The notes under the pieces are model-generated. The model saw nothing but the letters and a program-made list of their open reading frames with translations. It was not told where the DNA came from and made no database searches. A stretch of DNA of 62,425 nt, counting the filler, from Ionaspis alba (lineage: Eukaryota), in the NCBI GenBank assembly GCA_964255285.1. It is 9 parts of 9 records of this genome, joined end to end, with 100 filler letters (N's around TTAATTAATTAA, not from the genome) between each part and the next. Parts side by side here need not be neighbours in the genome. Positions count along the whole stretch, not along the records: positions 6,992 to 13,861 come from CAXUUL010000881.1; positions 13,962 to 20,831 come from CAXUUL010000882.1; positions 20,932 to 27,780 come from CAXUUL010000883.1; 6 more parts are not named here. One strand, given 5' to 3'. Positions 11,726 to 24,548 of this stretch are shown here, piece after piece. Numbering within the stretch: position 1 is the stretch's first letter; every line of letters begins with the position of its first letter. A program made the translations under genes and the position numbers.

Positions 11726-13787
11726 ATGCTATCACTTATACTGTATGCGAATGTGTTGCTGTTTATTACCCATGTCGGTGCACAGAGTTTCAGTCTTTAT
11801 CCCACAGTCGATCCATATAGACTTGCCCGGGCATTCAACATCAGCGATGACTGTTTAGACGCGCTGTGAGTTGCACAATACCCTCTCAAACCTTTATCAG
11901 GCACAGGCACTGAGGTATTGTCCCAATAAACCACTACCGGGCAGGATAGACATTCAGGGTCTCCGTTCAACAGATGGCTTCTTGGCTTATTGGCTCGACA
12001 TTGAAGACAATTCTGATTCTTTACTACAAGCAGCTAATGGTTAATTAGCAATACAACCCTACCTTGTGATCCAACCTTGCTCCAGATGGCAAATACTGTG
12101 GATAATTACTTCTGGGCCTCAGACAACCTAACAGATCTCTGCACGCTGACCTGCTTCGAAGCCGTTGGTACTTGGAGCGATGATGTTCAGAACAGATGCG
12201 TCTACGATAGCATTGTGGCATACAACAAGGTTGTTCCCGCTAGCTCCGTCGCCGGAAGGTACTCCGAAGGTTTGAATGTTGCATGTCTTACTTCTGGAAA
12301 GTAAGCCGAAGCGGTGCCTGCACAGTTCCAGTTGACTCGAAGCTCACTCAGTCTGTAGTACTACGAACGTGGATGTCGACCAATCTTGGTGCCTTCTCGA
12401 GAGCCAAGACTGGGTGGGCAGTGATGTTATTAGGCCTCTCTGTACCACTGACACCACCGATCCCTCATGTACAGACCCCACGAACCTCGATCCAGAGAAT
12501 GAGCGGATGGCCAATCTGTATGGGACGGATGTAGTGAGGAAACCCTCCCATGCCTTGCGGCAATTTTCATCAGATTGGAGTTCAATATTCATTTCTTTCA
12601 CATGCTCGAATCATTTATACTGATATCGATTGAAGCTCTGTAGTGAATGCTTTGTACAGATGATGTATCAGAGACTCATCTCACCATACCTGCCCGATCA
12701 TGACTACTCCGACTATCTTATCAAGCAGTACCAAGATATCCTCGACGTTTGCAATGCCACTAACAACATGCCTGAGCTCATTATCCGTGCTCCGCCCAAC
12801 TATGTCACTGCAATACCGCCGCCGCTCAATTTCAGCAGTTTTCCTAGCACGACTTGCAGTGGTCAGACAATCCTCAAGAGTACTCTCGATCCCAATGCCA
12901 ATTGCAACACGATTTCACAGGCATTCAATGTGTCCACCGGGGATATCCAGGCGGCAACCGGGAACTCAAGTTGCGCTGTTTCACAATCATCAATCTGCTT
13001 GCCAGCCGGCTGTACTCTTGAACAAGTTCCTGCCGGTGCAACCTGTGAATCTCTCGCGGCATCATTCTCTACCATCAACGTCACTGTCACCACCGTTCAA
13101 TTTCTCAGCTGGAACCCAAATGTTCGTGGTCTCTGCGACAGTCTGAATGTAGGCGATTACGTCTGTGGGAGCGCTCCGGGAGGTTCTTACATTCCTCCGC
13201 CGCCGCCTGCTGGGTCCGCAAATGCAACCGGAGAAGAACGTGGCGGAGGGGACGGCAGCAATTTAGGCACTTCGACTGCCAGCACGACAACGTCACCCGC
13301 CTCACCAGGATCGAGTGCGCCAGCAGTCCCATCGCCGATACAGACTGGCATCACTACCGGATGCACCAAGTATAGTCAGGCCCAAAGCGGAGACTTCTGC
13401 ATAAAATTCGCTCAGGAGAATAATATCACCCCTGACCAGCTTTACGCGTGGAACACCATTCTCGGAAGCGGCGGCAGCAACTGCAGCCAAACGTTCTTCT
13501 TGGGCTACTACTACTGCGTGGCCGGTCCATCAGCGATTTCTATTGCGACGCCTACGCCGACTATAAGTGTGCCGGCAGTCCCTTCGCCAACACAGACAGG
13601 TATAGCTTCGAACTGTAACAAATACGCGGTGGCGAATAACGGTGACTTTTGTTCCAAGTTCGCACAGGAGCACAACGTAAGTACGGACAGCCTTTATGCC
13701 TGGAATACTGTCCTTGGGAGTGGTGGAGGCAACTGTAACACGCAGTTCTTCTTGGGCTACTATTATTGTATCGGCGTCAGTAGTTAA
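11726..13787 (+). CDS. Secreted multi-LysM (CBM50) protein
   Basis: Signal peptide MLSLILYANVLLFITHVGA. Exons 11726-11865, 12049-12300, 12359-12533, 12636-13787. Cys-rich N-domain, then ~4 fungal LysM modules (e.g. GATCESLA...FLSWNPNV, GDFCIKFA...LYAWN...YYYC). Confidence 0.88.
13321..13784 (+). repeat. Tandem duplicated LysM unit (~75-80 codons x2)
   Basis: PAVPSPIQTGI..C..GDFC.KFAQE.N...D.LYAWNT.LGSGG.NC...FFLGYYYC occurs twice with clear nucleotide similarity (CAGTCCC.TCGCC, TTCTTCTTGGGCTACTA). Confidence 0.85.
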
Positions 13788-14347
13788 TATGGATGAAAAC
13801 CTTATGGTGTTTGGAGCGTAGCTAAATCACTGATAAATGTATATCTGTGAGGTCCAGGCTGNNNNNNNNNNNNNNNNNNNNNNNNNNNNNNNNNNNNNNN
13901 NNNNNTTAATTAATTAANNNNNNNNNNNNNNNNNNNNNNNNNNNNNNNNNNNNNNNNNNNNAGAGGGCGGGGAGTGGGTTGGGGAAAGTGAAGGAGGATG
14001 AGGATGAGGATAGGGTTGATGCGAGGAATGCGGCGAGTCGGTTGGCGGCTAGTACTTTTTAAAGGAGGGTAAGAATGGGAAGGGTAAGGGAAAAGTGCGG
14101 CTTCTTTGTACAGATGGGGTTTGAGGGAACGCCAGTGATGTGGTGTCTGTATTCTTTTCCTCCTCGAGAATTCGTCAGAGACATGAATACTCGGCAGATC
14201 TGCTCTGAAGCGCATCTGATATTCTTTTAAAACTCCCTAGCAGTACATTTGACCACCACTTTACTTCGTTCTAAGCAACGCTAAGCCAATCCGCCACAAG
14301 CCAAGCAGATGCAATCATCAGGCTATATGCTCTATCGCTCACATCAA

Positions 14348-17300
14348 TCACAACGGCTCAGGCTGGGTGTCTCCCCTCACATTCCGGCTCTCGCACTTTC
14401 TCATCTCCACCTCCGGCATCTCCGTCCCATCGCCCTGGACGATCCCTTTTAAAACCCTCAACTTCTCCTCAGTAACCCCAATCGCCCACTCCACCTCTCT
14501 CCTCCCCATCCCCTTTACATCCCCGACTTCTCCCTTCCCACCCTTTAGAACAGCCTTCCTAGCATCCATCGCCCTCCTACTTCGATCCCCATTCGAGTGT
14601 TCCGCATGTGGAAACGCAAAATCAGGACTCATCCCCACCCTCTCCTCCAGCCAATCCCACAGCGCCTCCTCCTCTTGTCTCCAAATCTCCTCATACGCAG
14701 CAATCTTCTGCGGCGTCGACAAACCCTGCGGATATGGCCCGAGCGCAGGCGTGTGGGCCCGGAGACGCGAGTTTCGGAACCAGGAAATGATGAGCAGGAA
14801 GAGAAGAAGACCGATGAGAGAGTTAGCGGTGAGAAGTGGATCGAGAATGTCGATGATGGGAGCGAGGAGGCTGTGAAGAGGTTCCAGGGGACCCCAGTTT
14901 GTGGAGGTCTTTTGTAGAGCGTTCGTTCTAGAGGTCGCAGGTTTGAACCCGTCGACATCGGCTTTGCGCTTGCGGCCTTTTTTGAGCTTTGAGGTGCTGG
15001 TACCGGCGCGCGGGCGGGCCGATGTGCCGGCTCGGAGGACTTTGACCAGTTCGTTTGCGTAGACGGTCTGGCCGTCGTTGGCGCCTTTTTCAATAGGATC
15101 TGCGGGATCATTATTAGTAATTGTAGAAGTTAAGAAATGGAAAGACTGTGTGGGAGTACTTTTCAGCCAGCTTTTGCCGGTCCACTCAATCATACAGCAC
15201 ATAATGAGACGTGTGCCGTTATTGGGGCCCCACATGAGACAATATCTTGTCTTGGTGCTGAACACATTGCCACTGGGAACGTCGGGCGTTTGGGTAGTTA
15301 CAGTGACGGAGACAGCTCTCTCCAAGTCTATCGCATCGAGATTTTCTGTCGTCAGACATTTGGTCTGCTTTGGACCGATGGATCCTCCGAGAGGTTTGAT
15401 GTAAGAATAAGATCTTGTTCTGTTCTCCTCCGATAGTCCCTTCTTGTCATCGTCGAACTGAAGATCAAAGACCTTCATCTCGTCGAGAAGGAACCGTGAG
15501 ACAAAGCCTCCAGAGGCATTTCCGAAAAGCATGTTGTAAATTTTCCCTAGAGGTGCTGGAATCACTTCGTCCTTCAAGACTTTCTCGTAATGGGTGGCGC
15601 TGTCAGCACATTCGGTAGGAACATGTGTGGCGGGGCCAGGGAAGTCTGTAGCGGCTGCTGCAACCGTGAGGACTTTTTCTGCAGCCTTCGCTTCACCTGA
15701 TATGGGTACGGAGCCGGCTTGTCCCGCCACAATACCTAAAGCAGATGCTTTTCGCATGACGGCTTTGACTTGTTGAGGCTCTGGTGGCTCGTTACTGGCA
15801 AGGCTGTCGTTCAATGTCTCCATGATACTACCCGCTTCCTCGTCGTCGTCTTCCTCGTCTTCATCATAGACCTCCTCGTCCTCTTCTGAACCTTCACTAC
15901 CTTCTTCACTCTCGATGGGGTCAAGCTTCTCCGTCTTAGAACCGGTGCCGCCATTCACAATCTTGACACCGTTTTCTGAACTCTGCAGGCTGGGATGGTT
16001 GACTCTCCATATTCCAATGAGAAGATCATAGGTAGCTTCTCGGCTAAGAAGACTTCGAAACGTGTGTCTTGCGTGTAAAGTTTGTATTGCAATAGCGTTA
16101 GGAAATACCATCGCTGTAGTTTCCTTTTCGACAGAGACGACTTCGTCAAAACTGATGATCAATGTAGTGACCCAGCCAAGAATATTGCTCGAAAAGCATA
16201 TGTGGCCTTCAGACACATAAATGCGTCCAGCTAATATGATATCTCGCTGCAGCGCACAGCTATAATCTTCGATCAAATAGTCGTCCTCAGGGATGCTTCG
16301 AAATAATGAATGGAAGTCTCGATTTCGTTTCTTGCTAGCGACTGCAAAGCCTGTAGACTTGGGCACAGTACTGGTAGCTACGGGACTGGCAAGCATGTTA
16401 TGGCTCGACGCAATGGCCGCTCCGATAGTCGTCCCTGATGTAGCTGCAGAGCTGTTCCGATGTCGTTTGGTGGCTCTGTCAACCTTGCTCCTTAGACTTC
16501 CACTTCGCCAAATATGTCCGCCGTCACCCTCAAATATGCTTCCGTTTGGAGGAGTCTTGTCACCTAAGCTCGATTCGTAAATTGATCTCGATTTGACTGC
16601 GGGAACACTATCTTCCGCAGTCGGCGTCGAACCAGCATCATCGCCGCTCTTAGCTTCGTACGCAGCCGAGACAGCACGTGCTGCAGAAGCATCTTCAGCG
16701 CGAGCTGCCGCTTCGTGTTGGTGGACTGGCTGGCCAGTTATTCCTCGATCCCCCTGACCATCTTTTCCCAATGCTGGACTCGTAGCTGTTGTTGCGGTGG
16801 ACAGCGTATCTGAGGAGAAACCAAGATGACTCAGACTGAGATCACCAGTGCCGATTGTATCAACCGCGAGTGGCTTAGTTGAACTAATTGAAGCCGTCTC
16901 GCTTTGGTTTGTCGTGACTGGTGTGATCTCCGACGTACCTTTCTCGTTATCTTCAGTCGCCCCTGTACCACTTCTTGAGCGAGAGGCATTGTTGTTATTG
17001 TTGCCAATGGTATTAGACAAAGTATTTGCCGCGTTTTGCGCAGCGACGAAAACAGAGGAGAAGAAACCACCAGGTGTCCCGGTCGAGTTGCCAGAAGCAG
17101 TACGGGAAGCTGGTCTGCTAGTTTCTTCGATCATAGGTGTAAGGGGAGCGGTCATAGAGTTTGACAACTTGCTCGGCTGATGTGTGGCAGAATCGGACCT
17201 GACGCGGCGATGGCCAATCGAGTTGGTGCCGTTGGAGAAAGAATTCTTGGGGCTTTGGCTAATATCAGGCTTATTCGACATTGCAGTTTGAGGACGATCC

Positions 17301-18715
17301 GTATCATCGCGATCGCGGTCCACAGGAGTTGGTGGAGTAATCGTGGTAAGTGGTGTTTGGGGTGGATTGCTCGGTGGCGTCACGGGTGTGACTAGTGTTG
17401 GAAGGCTTCGATTACTCGATGTTGCTGCTCCATTCTGGATTTGTATGGCTTGTGGCAGATGGGGTGGTTCATCTGCAGCTTTGGAAGCTCTTCGGGAAGA
17501 GATGCTACCTCTTTTGTCTTTATTGAAGAGCCCTCCCAAAGGAAGTCCACTACCGACTGGGGAGAACAACGGTCGTTCAGGACTCCCATTCTTCTCACTA
17601 TTTCTCCTGGACCCGGACTTCAGGGCTTCCTTTATTCTGAATCCAGGCGAAATGCTGCGTGACTTGGAAGATCTCCCCGATCCCATAGAATCCACCGAGA
17701 GGGTGGACGTCGTCGTAATCGGTTCGAGTGTGGATCCATTGACAGTCGCCAGATTTGTGTCTGTCGAGATAGTGTTTGAGAGAGGTGGAAGCGTCGTCGC
17801 CCTCGAGATCGATGGCGTGAGAGGTGGTACCGTGGAGAGAAGATCTGGAGTCGTTGGTAAGGTTGTTGCCTTGATGGACGGGGATGAAGACGTCAAATAG
17901 CCAGCATGCGAAGGATGGCTAATGAGAGGAGGAGCAGTGACGATGACCCTATCAATAGTTGTTTGATCAGTATCATTCGTCGGTAGAAGCGATGTGCAAT
18001 CGGTGTAAGACTTTAATGTTCCAGCAGCTTGCCGAGTTATAAGTATATTCTAATAGATGGTAGATGCTATTGGAAACAACGATATGTCAAATGATGCTAC
18101 CACGTAATTGTAGTGGTGGTGGTGGAGAAGATCAGCCTCTTGCGGCGGATCTGCACGATCGGGCTTCGGCCAATGCAGAACAGCAGGGTTCAAGCCTCTC
18201 ACCAGCGGGATCGGAGTAGGGAATAATGGCGGGGAGAAGGGGAACAACAACAACACAACTTACGACGAGTCCTCATCAGAGTCACCAGTCATCATGCTAC
18301 TTCTGTCATCGTCGTCCTCGTCGCCGAAAATACTCTGATTCCGGCTGCCTGTTTCAGGAGTCGAAAGACTTTCGCTGCCAGTGCTGTTATTCCGTGGTTC
18401 TGCTCCATCCGCAAGCGCAGTGGCTTTACGAGCCTTGCGCTTCTGTTTGATCCTCTTGATTGGATCAGAGATCAGCTTCTTGGAGATCGCACCGTTGGTA
18501 GTTGGAGAATCGCCGTCATTATCGCGACGAGCAAGCGTCTTTAATTTGTCCAGCGCGTTGTCCATGGTATCTTTCACACCACGACTCTCATTACTGTTCT
18601 CGGTGTTTGCGACTGAGATGCTGGATGAATTATCTGGCCGATTTCCTCGAGCCTTTGCCAGCATGCTCTTCAGACCACGGCCAGTAGGAGCTGGAGAGAG
18701 CTCCGGCGACTGCAT
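14348..18715 (-). CDS. GRAM + VASt/StARkin sterol transfer protein (Lam/Ltc/Ysp2 family)
   Basis: GFAVASKKRNRDFHSLF...EDYSCALQRDIILAGRIYVSEGHICFSSNILGW (GRAM); TQTPDVPSGNVFSTKTRYCL...WTGKSWLK..PIEKGA (VASt); C-terminal TM. Exon 1 18715-18264, intron to 17949, intron 15159-15100. Confidence 0.9.
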
Positions 18716-19237
18716 CTTGAGTTTGCTGAAGTGTGAGAACGTAGTATCAAGGAAGTGGCTAATGATGCGGCGCAAAGGAGTCCTGACAGCCAGAGTATTG
18801 TCACAGTACCGACGTCATTGTTGGTTTCTCTGATGGGACCCGAAACATGCAAACCTTTGAGGAAAGGAACTGGCCCGGCAATGAGCAACCGTAGATGATA
18901 CAACCATCAAAGAAACCAGATTGACGATAGTGATGAGCCGTAAGAGTAACTCTCATGAAATCAGGTTTACCGTTTCTCCCATGAATCTTCGCCAAGCCCT
19001 GTCTCGCGTGTCCGGAACGAGCATGCCGTACCCGTCGTACCTGACTAGTTCCCACGAGGCGAGGAGCAGCCCATTAATCCACCGGCACAACGTCGAACAT
19101 TAGTTGCCGGACCTGCAGTCTATCAAGACCAGGGCAGATACATATGTGTTCACCTTGAAGCAGCGTTCATGGCGAGCGTAACTACTGCATAACTAACCTG
19201 GCAAGGAGCAGCTGTCCTTCGAGGGAACGATCCCCAG

Positions 19238-20821
19238 ATGGAGGCTACTTCTCTGGTCCTTGTAAGATATCCCTTGAGTTTCTACACGAGGGACCTTCAC
19301 TGACTATGTTAGGCGCACTCACATGCTCGCAACGCCTCAGTAGAGACTCACAAAGCAAATCCGACTGCTGCCAGTGAGGAGCACGACTTAGCAGCCGGGG
19401 AATTTGCAAATGCTGCCCGAAACACTAGTGATGCTGAGGTGAATCCTGGGGAAGCCTTCTTCGAACGCGTACTGACCCTCAAGCAGGCGCTTCGTACTCT
19501 CAAGCTCCTGGAGCAACATCATCAAAAACTGGCAGAGCTACTCAGATTTCGACCCCAAGATGTCCAGCCAGCTCCAAGCGCCCCTGCAAGTCCAACATCA
19601 CCCAAACTTCCCACTCCGTCTCCACCGACTACGACTACGAAGACACTCGAGAGCTCGCCTCGCCACATATCCCAGCACGCACCTTTGCCGCTCCAGCTTC
19701 CGCACCGGGAAATGTCATCCTCTATCGCCAGCAACCTCGCATCTGCACGAGGCATACCATCGAACCGGCAGCGAAGAGGTAATCAGTCACCCGCAACGCT
19801 ATCACCACAAATCGCCGAAGGCAAAGTACTCAACCCGACCCGCAAGTCCCGTCTCAGCGAGCAAGAAAGCATCCCTCACGAAACCCAAGATCAACCATCC
19901 AAGCCTCGACCGCGACCTCCCACTCTCTCTCCTTCCCGGGCACAAATTCCGCCACCCGACATAACACCCGCCTCACCCACCCGGCAAACCACATCTCAGC
20001 CCACTCCACCTGACGACTCCTTTAGCAAATTCTACACCACCTTCGAGTCCCTCCTCAGCAAACTTTCCGCGCCCCTCGCCTTCGCCGGGCTCCCCCTGAA
20101 TCCAACGCCCGACCCTACTCCCGCCCCACCATCCAAACCGCAACCAGCGGACCGCGCCCCCCTCGACCCCACAATCACCAAGCTCTTCTCGAAAGCAGCC
20201 CTCCGGGCCGTCCGCGAAGAGCACGGCCTCTCCGCAGCCGCTGAATCCTTCTACGTAGTCCCCACAACCGGGGGCACAATGTCCTACGCCGGGATGCTCT
20301 CGCACACCAAACCCGACTCCACACGGATGCTGCCTGCCGTAGACGAAGACGAAGAATTCGTCGACGCTCGAGAGACGCCGCAGCAGCCTGGCTCACCGAC
20401 GCAGCTTCGGCGGGGGAGGCCGAAAAAGGGAGGGAAGACGATGGAGGAGTTGATGGTGGAGAACGAGGCGTTGAAGGCTGTGGCGATTGATCTAGGGGAT
20501 CGGTTGAGGGCGTTTGAAATGGGGGCTCAGAGGAGTAGTATGGCGCTGCATATGAGTATGCGGGCCATGCAGAGTCCGACTGCTAGTGCGGCGGTGGTTG
20601 GGAGGGGTGGCAAGGGGGAGGGGGAGGGAGGCGCCTTGGAGGTGAGGGTGAAAGAGTTGGAGGAGGAGGTGGGGAGGGCGATGAAGGAGGTTAGGAGGTT
20701 GGGGAGAGAGAATGCGAAGTTGCAGGCTGTGGTGGATCGGTATCGTGAGCGGTGGGAGATTTTGAAAGTGGGGGCTAGAGAGAGGATTAAGGACGATGGG
20801 AGGGATGCTGGAAAGGCGTAG
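19238..20821 (+). CDS. MIT-like N-domain / coiled-coil protein (possibly Atg38/NRBF2-like)
   Basis: Exons 19238-19261, 19313-19438, 19487-20821. N-terminal three-helix pattern AHSHAR...EEHDLAAGEF...EALRTLKLLEQHH; central LSAPLAFAGLPL and ESFYVVP; C-terminal coiled coil ending YRERWEILK. Confidence 0.55.
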
Positions 20822-20931
20822 CTGATACGCTNNNNNNNNNNNNNNNNNNNNNNNNNNNNNNNNNNNNNNNNNNNNTTAATTAATTAANNNNNNNNNNNNN
20901 NNNNNNNNNNNNNNNNNNNNNNNNNNNNNNN

Positions 20932-23900
20932 TCACCACACTCCCCTTCCACATCCCCAATAACCACCACCTCCTCCTCCTCATCCTCATCATCACTCCCA
21001 TCACTATCCCCTTTCCCACCATCCTCATCCTCTCCCACAACGCCCGTAACACCCGGCCTCCTCTTCTTCTCAAAATCCTGCGCATGCGCCGCCGCAATAA
21101 TCGTCCCCACCCTCGCAATCCCCCTCTGTATAGGCGTCGCCTCAGGCGTCGGCAACGTAGACTTCCTCCTCCTGACCGTTCCCGACTGCTGCTGCTCTCC
21201 ACCCGCATGCTCGACATCCGCGCCCGTCGCAGCCTCTGCTTCCAGCGGAGTAGTCGCCGCACGCTGGGTTTGCCGCAGCGGCTGAATCTCATCCCGCTCT
21301 TCCTCCTCCTCTCTCGCGTCCTGCTCCAGTCGTTCCTCACACGGGATATCATACGGCAGGGGTACATCTCTACTCGCGCGGAAGCGGCCGACATTGGTGC
21401 AGTGTTCGTTTTCGACGCGGAAGAGGGACCAGATGGCGCGGCGGATGATTTCGGTGCAGGAGACGGCGAAGGAGAGGATGGCGGAGTGTTGGAGTTCCAT
21501 GGGGAGGAGGGCGTAGGGGATCCAGTTGAAGCGCAGGAGAGGGTCGATAATCATGGCGAGGTAGTAGTAGCTGGGGTGCTTGTAGCCGAGAACGTCGCGC
21601 AGGAAGGGGTTTTTGGCGTAGGGGTTGCCGAGGGACCAGTCCATTGCTAGGTCCCAGATTGCTGGGGAGGTTTAGATTGAGGTTTGATTTGTGGGGAAGG
21701 GGAGAGGAGGGAGACTTACTGCAATAGATGGAGTTTATGGTGGCGCAGGTGATGAAGAGAGCTTTGAGAGAGGGAATGCGATGAATTCGGTAGAGGCTGA
21801 GCGTCATATAAAAGAGGATGGTGAAAGTGTACTTCCCGCAATTGACAAGATGCGGAAAGGCGTTGCGAGTATCGTAGTAACGTCGCAGACATTGCATGGC
21901 GCGCCAGATTCCTGGAAGGGTGGTAAAGAAGCCTAAAAGACGAGAATGGGAGGAATTGCATTGTTCCACAGTATTCCAGTTTCGTGCGTAGACACAGAAG
22001 AAGAGTTCGAGGTTCTGAGGTACTGTCAGTAGGCGGTAGATGGCCTTGATGTTACGGTTCAGCTTACTCCCATGGCGTATGTCTGCGAGCAATACATATC
22101 ACCAAGAAAGAAATCTCGAAACTCAACTGGATACAAGCCGGCAAGTAGAAGTCGGAACTATAAGTTATGGTCAGTCACTTAGATCTTGTAAGTTGAGTCG
22201 GTAGACTTACATTAGAATATGCCCACCACTCCCGACTGCGATGATAGAGAATCGGACCAGGAAAGAACATTATTAATACACTGAGCCCAATAAGGACGAC
22301 AGGCCAATACAGAAACATTATATCGGTTCCCGGTTGCTGAAAGTTGAGCCACATAAAGATGCCGAGGAGGAAGAAAAAGAAACATGGAAGCTTTGATTGA
22401 AAGACGTTAGTATTTTTCTTCATGTGTGTAGGTACTGAAGGTTTCCTCACCTCAGAAAGCTGCCTCCAATCCAGATTATGCCTCGAATCGAATTCGAAAA
22501 TAAAGACGTAATTAATCTTAGCTCGTGTCCATATCCTACAGTCTATGCAGAAGAGTAGAAACAACAGTAAGGCCAGGAAATAGCCCGCGTAGATCTATCG
22601 CATGAACGAATATTAGAAACAGTTCAATCCGTTCTAGAGCAATCACTTACCTGTAATAGATAGCTCGTATTCAACCTGATCAACGGATCCGAATTATTCA
22701 AATGTTCACCCCCATACACAATGCCCTGTAATCCGAAAACCGCTCCAGCGGCCAGCAAAAGTCCATTCCGGAAGACACTCCCCGTGAAGCTATCCCCTCT
22801 AGGGTGTTTTGACCGGAGCTTCCCCACAGCAACTTTATGGTTTCCCCTCTCAAAATATCTAGCATAGAGATCTTCAACCGCAACAATATGCCCATCCAGC
22901 ACCTCACTCTGCACAAACCACGCTTTGTTGACCTTCTCCGAAATATACCGTCCCGTCGGCCGGGCTTTCACCGCTTTATCGTACTTCTTGTTGATCTTGC
23001 GGAAAGCCGTCCGATTCAGCAACGCATACGACTTAAGCAATTCCAGCCCTCGATAAAATTCCTGCAACGCAAGTTTAAGCTTCCTCTTCGCAACTCGATA
23101 AGGAACATCATCGTGGTGAGTCGGACGACGCGTAAAGTCCCGCCAGGAATCATGGTGCTGCACTGGACCGTCTTGAGGATCGATACTCGGTGACGGATCC
23201 ATCTGCCCCAAAGCTTTGCTATTCTTTCCGAAATGCCGATTCCCTATCCCGACGGCATGTTCGATCGGCTTTATCCACCTATGAGCCGGGTTCCGAGTTT
23301 CGACGTGGTCGCCATCAGAATCTGGTCCATCGAGCTGGCCGTTCGCTGCTCGAATGCGCTCCTGTTCTTGACGAGCACGTGCTTTGGCGTGCTGAGCATC
23401 GAGGACTTCTTGGATGCGGCGGTCTCGCATTTCGTGTAATTGCTGTCGTAGAACTCTTAATCGCTCCGTGGCATCGTTTTCTTTCATTTTATAGAAGGAT
23501 TCGATTTTGCCGAGCTCTTTGTCGAGGAAAGTGAAGAATTGCGCCTGCCGCACGTCGAATTCTTTGTAGGCTTCTAGAGGAACGTCTGGACTGGAGGGCG
23601 ACTCACTGCTGTTGGTTGTGAACATTCGTCGTAGGAAGGGAGAACGTGCTACTGGTGGACCTCCGTCTGGGGTTGAGAGAGTTCGTCGTGGCCGGAGAAG
23701 GTTCCGATGTTTTGGCAGGAGTGAAACGCTCAATTTGGAGGGGGTGTGCGTCCTTCCCACCTCGTACGCATCACCTGCTGTACTGGCAGTTCGTCTGATC
23801 GGAGGCGTTGCATCATTGCCCAATTTACTCTGACGCCAGGCGCGATTGTGGCGGGGAAACGATTCTGTAGTTGTGGGAGACAAAGCAGGATCAGGCAGTT

Positions 23901-24548
23901 CGAGCATTGGTGGTCCTACAGTCGCGAACCGCGAAGGCGGCGAGGGAATAATACTGCCATAATTGGTGACCGCACCGCTGTCCCACTGCGAACTCGAATT
24001 CCCCGTATCGTCCCATAGTAATGGTCTTTCTGAGCCAGTAACTGTGGATGAGCCATTGTAGGTTGTAGGATACTCGCCAGCATCCGCAGAGCTGCCCGTT
24101 GCGTTCGAGGAGTCTGAAAGTGTCTTGCCATGCCGCGATGGATGCTTTGCAGTCTTCAATGGTGTTGTTCCGGATGCCCGACGATTCCATAACGTTTCTG
24201 CGAGAGAGTCTTCGAAGGGGGATTGGTTCCCAATGGGCAATTGGTAGGAAGCAGATGAGAAGAGGTTGGCAGGACGCCGCCGCCCCGGAGTCCTGGGTGT
24301 CTGGGTGACATGTCGTAGTGCGCGGACTACAGCTTTGACCTTCTTCTTTCCAGTCTGGCAGAATATGGGTGAAAATGGTCTCCAGGCCAATTGGGAAGTG
24401 GTGATTACTCACCTTGTAATCCAGGTATTTTGCTCTCCACTCTGGCACCAGGTCCTGTTCAAGTTCCCTGACGGAAAAAAAGGGTATTAGCCGACGTGCA
24501 TGTCCAGAAGCGCTTGAAGATTTGTGGCTCTCACTTTGCGAACTTCAT
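20932..24548 (-). CDS. SYG1: SPX + EXS domain protein (Syg1/XPR1/PHO1 family), 3' end runs into gap
   Basis: MKFAK start; LVPEWRAKYLDYK; ELGKIESFYKMKE; LLKSYALLNRTAFRKINKKYDK (SPX). VEFRDFFLGD, QCLRRYYDT, HLVNCGKY, RRAIWSLFRVENEHCTNVGRFRASRDVPLPY (EXS). Multiple introns. Confidence 0.92.
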
